NCBI RefSeq assembly: GCF_004010195.1
Contig: NC_057720.1
Location: 33,044,290 to 33,067,618 of the forward strand
DNA from: Chiloscyllium plagiosum
Lineage: Eukaryota
Direction of reading: 5' to 3'
Length of the DNA: 23,329 nt
Each line of letters begins with the position of its first letter. The stretch's first letter is position 1. Shown here piece by piece: positions 13,410 to 23,329 of the stretch. The notes beneath the pieces were generated by a model, which had not been told where the DNA came from, did not search any database, and saw only the letters and a list, made by a program, of their open reading frames with translations. The translations under genes were made by a program, and so were the position numbers.

Positions 13410-13596
13410 TGTGAAGGTGCTGTTGTTGGACCGGGGTGGACAAATTCAGAAGTCACCGGACACCAGGTTATAGTCCAACAGGTTTATTTGAAATCCCAAG
13501 TGCTGCTCCTTGACCTGATGAACGAGCTGCTTTCTGAAAGCTTGTGATTTCAAATAAACCTGTTGGTCTATAACCTGGTGACATGTGACTTATGAC
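13410..13596. repeat. Hairpin element: 40-bp inverted arms around a loop with a hammerhead-like core
   Basis: 13461-13500 and 13541-13580 are complementary at 38/40 positions, extended by AAGTCAC/GTGACTT. The loop has CTGATGA (13515-13521) and GAAA (13536-13539) followed by GCTT. Confidence 0.85.
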
Positions 13597-14432
13597 TCTC
13601 TTCAAAATTCAAAGCAATAAATGGTCCCTGACATTGCTGTCTATGTAACATAGGAGCAGTCAGTTCCCACGCACCTGTTATATTGGATGTGTAACCTCTT
13701 TATTTATCCTGGGGCTTCACAAGGCTGTGAACCTGGGATTGCCTACAAAAGGTACAAGACAAGCATCTGAGGTGATACAGAAGAGAATGTTCCTAGTCCT
13801 TTATTCTGAGTTTCCTATTGTTATGGAAGGATACCTATTTTGTGTGATACTGGGAGAGTCTGCTGTTAGGCTTTGAACCTTGATTCTTTGTCATACCTAT
13901 TTCGAATTGTGTGTCAGGCTGGCGATAATTTGCTTAAAAGCAAAGTCGGTGTACCATTAACACAAGATACCTTTATTTGTCCTGAAATATCTTTAATGGG
14001 GAGAAGCACTATTTCACTTGAATGATAGCCAGTTGGCACTGGGCTAAACCCAGGATATAAAGTAGTCTTGGTTGAAGCTTGATAGGGTAACATTTTCATG
14101 CCTAATTTTCCTCACCAGAAATCTGGTTTTACATCAGGGGATCAGGGTCAATGCAGGGAAGATGTATGCTCTATGGTCCTTTTCTCCCCACCTCTCTCGA
14201 CCCACACTTCCATTCTTTGTAGAACAAATGCATTTATGTCTTTTGTTGTCATACATTTTTGTTCTCTGTATCTTCATGTTTACACAAATATAATGGGGAA
14301 AACATTGAATTTGCAGAACATTAAAGCCTGGATATGCAATAGTCGAAAACAGAACTACTCTCCGTCAGGCTATTACCCGATAAAAGCATCAATATGTGAT
14401 TTGTACATTTAGGCTACACAATAGCCTAATGA

Positions 14433-14795
<363 letters not shown>

Positions 14796-15922
14796 TGATT
14801 TGTTGTGCCCCACATCAGAGAGATTAATTATGGTCTGTGGTTGGACAGGAGGAATTCAACTGCAAACATTTATCTTCAGCATGTTGTATGGTGCTGGGAA
14901 AGAAAGGTACCTTTTTCAGGAGTGGAGAATCTATAAATGAAACAAAAGCTAATGTTATGGAATTGGGTTTAAGTTGAGCTGATTTAAAAAAAAAAGTTTG
15001 GGAACAAAATGCTGCTCAGTTTTAGATTGGAACAGTGGACATTTTTGGATTAAGTTGAGGAGATCAGAACTGTTGAGCTCGGTGAACCTCAGGGCAGTAA
15101 CTGTGAAGCATATTTAATTTTACAAGTAAGAGGGGTGATAAACATTAATATTTCCATAAGGAAAAATATTATATTTGGGGAAGAAATTTTATCTTCAATT
15201 GTGAACATTTTTACAACCCAATGTGTTTTATGTAGTTGTTTAATGGTAACATTGTTAAAATGCGTTCTGCTTATCGAAATATACAAAGTGACCGTTTTAA
15301 TTTCCCTGTCTGGATCAGAGAAAATTACTAGAACTTCTGAATTTCCCTACAATTTATTTTCTCAATTGTATAACTGCTGATAGCTGGGAATGCTGAGAAC
15401 CAGTTACCAGCAATGTGACTGAATGAGCCAGATGCCATGCATCAACTGGACTTTTTCTGCCTTATCTGTTTCATGTGTTCTTACTGGGATGGTGATGTGC
15501 AGATCAAACCATTAACACTACAGGATAGAATACAGGGCATGAACAATTTTGAAATCTTAAAACAATATCAAAGTTCTCCTAGTCAATAGGTAAAAGTGAT
15601 CATCTAGGCTGTCTTCAAAATTAAATGCATTTTGCATGAATGATGACAATAGACCGTAGTCTGTTGGCTCTACAAATTAAACCTGTATTGAGCAGTCATT
15701 AAAATACAAGCTCAGCAGGAAGAGCATTTTAGTTGTTTGAATTCAATTGGCTTCCATTGCTGAACACAGTAAATCCTGCAAGCCAGGTTGATTACTAATA
15801 TCATTAATACTCATGGTGTAAATTCAAATACTTAAGAAGAAAGTGAGCACTTTTTAAAATGTTTTTGTAAATACCGGTAATTAGGGAGTTGCTTTAGCTC
15901 AGTTGGCCAGATGGTTGGTTTG

Positions 15923-16010
15923 AAACTTTTTTGCTGGAACAGCACAGCAGGTCAGGCAGCATCCAGGGAACAGGAGATTCGACGTTTCGGGCACAGGCCC
16001 TTCTTCAGGA
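15923..16010 (-). mobile_element. 88-bp Penelope pLTR-derived insert with 12-bp flanking direct repeat
   Basis: ATGGTTGGTTTG at 15911-15922 and 16011-16022. The insert body GCTGGAACAGCACAGCAGGTCAGGCAGCATCC matches the reverse complement of 5735-5765. Confidence 0.85.
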
Positions 16011-16012
16011 AT
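15977..16012 (-). ncRNA. Minimal type I hammerhead ribozyme motif with intact core
   Basis: Minus strand reads AUUC-CUGAAGA-A-GGGC-CUGU-GCCC-GAAAC-GUC-GAAU. Stem I AUUC/GAAU, core CUGANGA, stem II GGGC/GCCC with tetraloop, GAAA, palindromic ACGU in place of stem III, GUC cleavage triplet. Activity not demonstrated. Confidence 0.8.
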
Positions 16013-16404
16013 GGTTGGTTTGCAAAGCAGTGTGATGCCAATAGCGTGGGTTCAATTCCCATCACTGGCTGAGGTTACAGTGAAGGACTCTCCTTCTCAA
16101 CCTCTCCCCTCACCTCAGGTATGATGGCCCCCAGGTTAAATCACCACCAGTCATCTCTCTGTAATATATGGTTTGGTAAGACTATGGTGACTGGTAATTA
16201 AAAGGTCAGGAAGTCACCAGGGGAGTTACAGCATATATTGTCAAAATACTTTTCCAAAAGCTTCTTGGCGCAATATCATCATGTTGTTTGTTCTCCTTTC
16301 TTGAAGGTTTCTCAGTAGCCTAGATTAATAGCATTTACCTTGTTACAGACTAATGTGTAAGGTCCAAACTGGTAAATCAATAGGATCTAAATTACTCCTT
16401 CTGA

Positions 16405-16602
<198 letters not shown>

Positions 16603-16727
16603 TGAAGTAACCAAACCCAATCTAAGCCAGACTTTTGTGGGGAAACACAGTCAGTGCCATCTTCTGCTTACAACAAAGTAAGGAGAAAAATGTTCCAAGG
16701 CATGTATCAGGAAGCAATGGTAGAGAC

Positions 16728-16948
16728 CTGAAAATGAAGGTGGATAAATCACCCAGAATGGATGGACTACACTTCATGGTTCTGGAGGAGATTGTGGAGG
16801 CGTTGGTGTGACCTTCCAGGAATCACTGAGGTAAGGGAGTTTCCAGAGGACTGGAAAATGGCTAATGTAACACCCCTGTTTAAGAAGAGAGGAGAGCAGA
16901 AGACAGGAAATTATAGGCCAGTTAGCCTGTCCTCAATCATTGGTAACC
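16728..16948 (+). mobile_element. Short internal CR1 ORF2 fragment
   Basis: Encodes KVDKSP.. and, in another frame, PEDWKMANVTPLFKKRGEQKTGNYRPVSLSSIIG. Confidence 0.85.
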
Positions 16949-16959
16949 ATTGATGTATT

Positions 16960-19900
16960 TGGGCAGCGGCTGATCCAGAGACAATACACATGTAGTGTCT
17001 CCCATCTGCCCTCCTCCTTTAACTAAAAAAAAAGACTCTGTAGCTTGTTGATAAGGTAAAGTTTGTTCTATTTCTTTTTATATCATGCGATTGGTTAAAA
17101 ATTTACTTTTTTTCTCTTTTTGTTTATTATTTGGTTATTTGAAAAGGAGTATAGCAGAGAATTATTAGAAATTATTTAACTCATGAATTTATATAAAGTA
17201 ACTAACTAAGTAGAGATGGCTGGGCAGGTGATGTGCTGTAGCTGCACAATGTGGGAGCTGGCTGATCCCCATTGTGAACAGCAGTGACCACATTTGCAGC
17301 AAGTGTTGGTTGCTGGAGGAACTCCGGAATCTGAGTTTCAAACACTGTGGCACATCCGGGAGGGGGAGAGTTACCTGGACACTTTGTTTCAGGAGGCAGT
17401 CACACCTGGGAGATTAAGTAATTCAAATTCAGTCTGTGATCAGGGACAACAGGGTGTGACTGTAAGTGAGGCAGGGAGAGGGATCCTGAGTTCAGGAGTG
17501 GACAAGCCTCAGCTTTTGACCATATCCAACAAGTATGAGATGCTTGCTCCCTGTGTGGATGAGGAAAAGGGCTGTGGACAGGATGAGCCAGCTGACCAAG
17601 GCACCATGGTTCAGGAGGCCATTCAAGAGGGGGGAGCAAAAAGTTGTTATCGGGGATTCTATAATTAGGGGAACAGATAGTATCCTTTGCAAGCCAGATC
17701 GGGAGACCCGCATGGTGTTTTGCCTGCCTGGTGCCAGGGTGCAGGACAACTCTGACTGGCTTGAAAGAATATTGTTGCGGGAGGGGGAGGATCCAGTTGT
17801 TGTGGTCCACATTGGGACAAATAACATAGGCCAGGCTAGGAAGGAGGACCTGTTTGGGGATTGTCAAGCACTAGGACAAAATTAAGGAACAGGTCCTCGA
17901 GGGTCATAATCTCCAAATTACTGCCTGAACCACATGCCAATTGGCTTAGGGTTAAGAAAATTAGGGAAGTAAATGCGTGGCTAAGGGAGTGTTGTGGGAA
18001 AGAGGGATTCCATTTCATGGGGCATTGGCATCAGTTTTGGAACTGGGGGAATCTGTACTGATGGGATGGTCTCCACCTGAACCAATCTGGAACAATCTGG
18101 TCAAGCGAAAAGGATCAATAGGGTGGTCACTAGGTCTTTAAACTAGTGAGTCAGGGGGAAGGGAAAGGGAAAACAACAGGAAGTATGATGGTAATAAAAG
18201 GTTAAGCAGCAGGTTAGTATGCCTGCAGGAGGGTTTAAGTTCAAGGAAGACTATGAAAGAAGTAAAAAGGAAGGATAACTCAGGTGATATTATTGGAGAT
18301 GTTTGAAATCATGAGGGTAAGAAATCATAAGGCCACTTTACCTGAATGCTCGTAGCATTCATAACAAGATTGATGAGGTAACGGACAAATCATGGCGAAT
18401 TAATATGATTTAGTAGCCATTATGGAGACATGGTTACAGGATGGTCACCACCGGGAGTTAAATATCCAGGATATTATTAGAGATGTTTGATAGGTGTAGT
18501 CATTGATAGGTGTAGTTTATAGGCCACCAAATAATAACATCACATTGGGGGCGGGCATAAACAAAGAAATAACAAATGCTTGTAAAAATGGTACGCCAAT
18601 TATCATGGGGGATTTAATTAACATGTCGATTGGTTGAACTAGCTTGGTCAGGGTAGCCTAGAGGAGGAGAGATTGTTGAGTGTATCCGTGATAGTTTTCT
18701 TGAACAGTATGTAATGGAACTGACGAGGGAGCAAGCTATCCTAGATCTGGTCCTGTGTACTGAGACAGGAATAATTAATGACTTCATAGTGAGCAATCCT
18801 TTTGGAAGGAGCAATCACAGTGTAGTTGAGTTTAGAATACAGATGGAGAGTGTAAAGATAAAATCCAGTAGCAGGGTCCTGTGCTTAAACAAGGGAGACT
18901 ACAATACAATGAGGGAGGACTTGGCTAAAGTAGACTGGAAACAAAAATTTTATGGTGGGACAGTTGACAAGCAATGGAGGACTTCCAAAGAAATTTTTCA
19001 AAGTGCTCAGCAAAAGTATATACCAGTGTAAGAAAAGGGGTAAAACTGCCTTGGATGTCTAAGGAAATAAGGGAGGCTATCAAATTGAAAGAGAAGGCAT
19101 ACACATTGGCCAAAAACAGCATGAAACTAGAAGATTTGGAAAACTTTAAAGGTCAATAGAAAACCACAAAAAGAGCTATACAGAAAAGTAAGATAGAATG
19201 TGAGAAAAAAATCCCACACAGAATATAAAGACCCTTAGCAAAAGTTTCTCTAAATATATAAAACAAAAAAAGAGTGGTTAAAGTAAACATTGGTCCTTTA
19301 GAGAATGAGAAAGGGGATTTAGTTATGGAATATGATGAATTGGCCAAGGCATTGAACAGGTATTTTGTATCGGTCTTCTCAGTGGAGGACACTAATAATA
19401 TAATAACTGTCAAAGAGACAAAGGTAAGTGAGGACCTGGAAACAATCATTATTACGGAGGAGATAGTGTTGGACAAGCTAATGGAACTAAGGATAGACAA
19501 GTCTCCCGGCCCTGATAGAATGTATCCTGAAGTACTAAAAGAGATGGCGGGTGAAATAGCAAGTTCTTTGGGGGTAATTTTCCAAAAGTCGCTGGACTCT
19601 GGGGCAGTTCCTGCAGATTGGAAAACAGTATATGTGACGCCACTGTTTAAAAAGGGAGGTAGACAAAATATGGGGACATGTAGACCAGTGAGCTTAATCT
19701 CTGTAGTGCAGAAGATGCTTGAGTCTATCATCAAGGAAGAAATAGCAAGGCATCTCGACAGAAATTGTCCCGTTGGGCAGCTGCAGCATGGGTTCATGAA
19801 GGGTAGCTCATGCTTAACAAATCTTTTGGAATTTTATGAAGACATTATGAGCAAGGCGGACAATGGGGACCCAGTGGATGTAATGTACCTAGATTTCGAA

Positions 19901-20879
19901 AAGGCCTTGGACAAGGTGCCGCACATGACGCTGCTGCATAAGATAAAGATGCATGGCATTACGAGTAAAATATTAGCCTGGATAGATGATTGGTTGACTA
20001 ACAGGAAGCAAAGAGTAGGGATAAATGAGTGCTATTCTGGCTGGCAATCAGTGACTCAGGGATTGGTGTTGGGACCGCAATTATTCACAATCTATATAGA
20101 TGATTTGGAGTTGGGGGCCACAGGTAGTGTGTCAAAGTTTGCAGGTGACACTAAGATGAGTGGCAAAGCAAAGTGTTAAGAGGAACATAGATACTTTGAG
20201 TGAGTGGGCAAAGGTCTGGCAGATGGAATACAATGTTAGTAAGTGTGAAACCATCCATTTTGGTAGGAGTAACAGTAAAAAGGATTATTACTTGAATGGC
20301 AAAATGTTGCAGCATGCAATCTGGGCTATATAAGGCTCTGGTCAGGCTGCATTTGAAATATTGTGAGCAGTTTTGGGTCCCGTACCTAAGGAAGGATGTG
20401 CTGGCCTTAGGGTTGAGAGGAGGTTCACAGGAATGATTCTGGGAATGAAGGGCTTGTCATATGAGGAGTGGTTGAGCACTCTGGGTCTATACTTAATGAA
20501 GTTTAGAAGGATGAGGGGAGATCTTATTGAAACAGAATACTGAAAGGGTGCATAGAGTGGACATGGAGAAGATGTTTTCACCAGTAGGCGAGATTAGATG
20601 CAGAGGACACACCCTCAGAATGAAGGGACCACCTTTTAGAAACGAGATGAAGAGCAATTTCTTTATTCAGAGAATGGTGAAACTGTGGAACCCATTGCTG
20701 CAGAAGACTGTGGAGGCCAATTGAATAAGACCGAGATCTGGTCTTGATTAGTCAGAGGATCAAGGATTATGAGGAGAAGGCAGCAGAATGGGGTTTAGAA
20801 AGGTGTCAGCCATGATTGAATGGTGAAGCAGACTTGATTGGACAAATGACCTAATTGTGCTCCTATATCTTATGGTCTA
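16960..20879 (+). mobile_element. Near full-length decayed CR1 LINE (5' UTR, ORF1, ORF2 APE-RT, 3' tail)
   Basis: ORF1 from ATG 17216 to about 18146: MAGQVMCCSCTMWE..HICSKC Cys motif, then VVIGDSIIRG, CLPGARVQD, VVVHIGTNN, DGLHLN (SGNH esterase). ORF2 from about 18335: LYLNARSIHNK, TREQAILDLVL, SNHSVVEF, RT 19274-20179 with FAGD in place of FADD. 3' end CTAATTGTGCTCCTATATCTTATGGTCT. Confidence 0.92.
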
Positions 20880-21515
20880 CTTTATGAAAATTGATTGCTG
20901 CTTCTAGTCTAGTATTCTGAAAGATCTGGTGAGAAGCTTGAAACAGAAGGTAACTGTTGGTGAAAGGGGGAATCTAAGGACACTTTTCCATTGAAAAGAA
21001 GAGCTTTAGCAGAGCTACAATATGTATCACTTTGCACCAAAAGCCCATTTAGTGCCTTGCATGAGTCAGGAACAATGAGAGAGTGTTGATTTGAAGCATC
21101 GGAAGTCTGACTGATTGGCATTTATCTGAATTGTGAAATGGAAAGTGACTTGATCTGCAGAGGTGAAACTAATGAACCCAGTTTTCTCTTGCCAGGAATG
21201 AGGCATCAGGTGATAAGAGATCCAGTAATTGTATGAGATACAATAAGAGGGTGGAGAGGTCATTAGTGGAGACACTGTGTTTTTGAGCTGTAACACCAAC
21301 ATGTAATCTTTCAAGAACAAAGTTCTGGAGAAACACAGCAGATCTGGCAGTATCACTTGAGAAAAATAGGATTAATGTTTTTAGTCCAGTGACCCTGGGA
21401 AAAAAGGTGGTATTTGTGCTGATGATGGGATGGCGACAGTAAATAGTGCATGGAGATGGATCCCAGAGAGAGAAGATAGACAATAGGCAAACAAAGAAAT
21501 AGCTGATGATTACAT

Positions 21516-21545
21516 GAGAGAGGGAGAGAGAGAGAGAGACAGAGA
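21516..21545. repeat. Imperfect (GA)n microsatellite
   Basis: GAGAGAGGGAGAGAGAGAGAGAGACAGAGA. Confidence 0.9.
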
Positions 21546-21990
21546 TAAATACTATTAAGGGCATTAATGGAAATGTACTTTTAAAAAATGGCTCATCTGT
21601 GCAGGGAGCAATCTAAATAATGCAGCGTGTGGGTCAAAGGTCACCGTCACAGAGGAGTATGATCACATTTTGAAATTGTTAAACTTAATGTTGAATGCTG
21701 AAAGCTGTATGGTGCCTGGATTGATAAGGTGCTGTTCCTCCAGCTTGCATTGAACCACACTGGAGCAATGTAGCGGGCCTGAGACAGAAATGTTGGTATG
21801 GGAACACAGTGGTGTACTGAAGTGGCAAGCAACTGAGAACTCAGGGATATTTTTATAGATTTAGCATAGGTGTTTGGCAAAGTGGTTACAGTTTATGTTC
21901 ACTAGTGTAGAGGAGACTACTTTATGATCATCAAATACAGCGGACTAAATTGAATGAAGTGTAGGTAAATTGCTACTTCACCTGGAAGGT

Positions 21991-22047
21991 ATTGAATTGA
22001 ATTAAATTGAATTTATTGTCACATGTATTGAGGCACAGTGAAAAGCA
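21991..22047 (-). mobile_element. Short LINE/SINE 3'-tail insertion with (ATTGA)n end inside the Penelope element
   Basis: ATTGAATTGAATTAAATTGAATTTATTGTCACATGTATTGAGGCACAGTGAAAAGC interrupts the Penelope reading frame just upstream of TFQVK. Confidence 0.55.
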
Positions 22048-23228
22048 TTGTCAAGGCCTTGGATAATGAAGAGAGAAGATGTAAATGGGCAAGTGTTGCA
22101 CCTTCTGTGATTGCATGGGAAGGTTTTGTGGAGGTGTGGGGAGATGTTGAGAGTGGACAGTATGGTCCCTGTGGAACGCTGACAAGGGAAGAGAGAGGAA
22201 TGTCTGTCTGGCAGTGGTATCCTGGTGGAAGTGGTGGAAATAGCATCTTAAGATCCTGTGGATGTGGATGTTAGTGGGATAGAAGGTGAGGACCGGGAGT
22301 CTCTATCATTGTGTGGGAGGGAAGAGAACAAGTGAGAGCCAAACTGTGGGAAATCTGACAGACACAGCTAAAGACCCTCAATTGAGGACAAATATGGACA
22401 TTTCTAAGACCCTCCTCCCACCACCAAGGTGGTATATTCAGAATATATGTGACAGAGACAGAGAAACTGGGAGAATGGGATAGAGTCCTTGCAGGAAGCA
22501 GGGTGTAAGGCTGGATGTTCAAAGGAACTGTGGGAGTCAGTACGTTTGTAATGGTTATTGGTGGCCAGTTTATCACCAGAAATGGAAACAGAGATATCAA
22601 AGAAGTGAAGAGAGAAGTCAGAGATGGACCAGGTGAAGGTGAGAGCGGGAAGCAAAATTGATAAATCTTCCAATTCCGATCAAGAGAGAGGGAAGCAGCA
22701 TGAATCATGTTATGAACGTACCAGAGAAAGATTTATGTGGAGGGACCTGTTAGGACTGGAACAAGAAACGTTCCACGGGACCCACAGAGAAAACGGGCAA
22801 AACTGGAGCCCATGTGGGTACCCATGGCCAAATCTACTCTATTTCCTTGCCCTCACCATCTGTCACCAGCCTAAATACGAACCTTTCCCAGTTATCATCG
22901 GTTCTGATGAAGGGTCACTGGACTCAAAACATTTATTCTGTTTTTCTCTCAATAAATGCTGCCAGATCTGCTGTGTTTTTCCTGCACTCTTTTTATGTCA
23001 GGTTTCCAGCATCCACAGTTATTTGTGTTTATGTAATCTTTCAATTTTGTTTAGTTGGAATATGAGATGCATTCATGGTAGCTCCAGAAGATTGCAACCA
23101 TCATGCACAATTTTAAAAAAAGGAGAAAATCAGTCAGGGAACATAGTGGAGCTAATTGGCTGTACCTCAAAGTACTAAGTGGTTTGATTAGGGGTGATTT
23201 TCTGAATGATGAATTTTCTGAATGATGA

Positions 23229-23329
23229 ACAGATACGACGTGTCCTTGATATGTATGTACCTGTCAGGCAGGAAAGAGATGGTCGTGTGAGAGAACCTTG
23301 GTTGACGAGGGAGGTTGAATGTCTTGTAA
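23229..23329 (+). mobile_element. Start of another 5'-truncated CR1 ORF2 fragment, running off the window
   Basis: Translates as IRRVLDMYVPVRQERDGRVREPWLTREVECLV, typical of the CR1 linker between endonuclease and RT (compare KYIPV..KLPWMSKEI at 19015-19070). Confidence 0.7.

Larger units (their letters stand above)
15884..16192 (+). mobile_element. tRNA-derived SINE with 8-bp target-site duplication, interrupted by a Penelope-derived insert
   Basis: A-box TAGCTCAGTTGG at 15895-15906, B-box GGTTCAATTCC at 16049-16059. GGTAATTA at 15876-15883 and 16193-16200. Confidence 0.8.
21316..23035 (-). mobile_element. 5'-truncated Penelope-like retroelement (RT C-terminus + GIY-YIG, decayed) with inverted pseudo-LTR
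   Basis: Minus-strand AMGTHMGSSFA (near 22795-22828), PALTFTWSISDFSLHFFDISVSISGDKLATNNHYKRTDSHS..HPASCKDSIPFSQFL (22404-22673), TFQVK*QFTYTSFNLVRCI**S*SSLLYTSE (21898-21990, decayed GIY-YIG). Inverted termini: 21331-21350 vs 22959-22978 (20/20) and 21383-21396 vs 22911-22924 (14/14). Confidence 0.88.

Noticed and set aside
17400..19797. Long minus-strand ORFs (155 aa, 214 aa and others)
   Set aside because: They are antisense shadows of CR1 ORF1/ORF2 with no independent motifs.
19274..20179. 301-aa RT ORF as an active or domesticated reverse transcriptase, or a retron/DGR-like system
   Set aside because: It is a fragment of a decayed CR1 ORF2. The catalytic motif reads FAGD, the GVPQG region is partly deleted, and neighbouring segments are frameshifted.

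Overview
Eukaryotic (vertebrate) genomic DNA. The repeat landscape (CR1 LINEs, an HE1/V-type SINE, Penelope-like elements) points to a shark or other cartilaginous fish; this is inference. The window holds seven internal + strand coding exons of a ZSWIM5-type gene (173-349, 463-609, 7624-7761, 11484-11744, 12766-12901, 14492-14649, 16415-16578). They have AG acceptors and GT donors and splice into one open frame of 1181 nt; three of them are absent from the ORF track. Start and stop codons lie outside the window. The introns are packed with nested, decayed retroelements: several CR1 LINEs (one near full length, with an esterase-type ORF1), three tRNA-derived SINEs, a 5'-truncated Penelope-like element with an inverted pseudo-LTR, and short Penelope-derived inserts and palindromes. 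The most notable signal is a set of minimal type I hammerhead ribozyme motifs carried by the Penelope-derived pieces. One copy (minus strand, 15977-16012) has an intact catalytic core and sits between the A and B boxes of a SINE, flanked by a 12-bp direct repeat. The copies oriented sense to the host pre-mRNA are all degenerate. No prokaryotic features are present.
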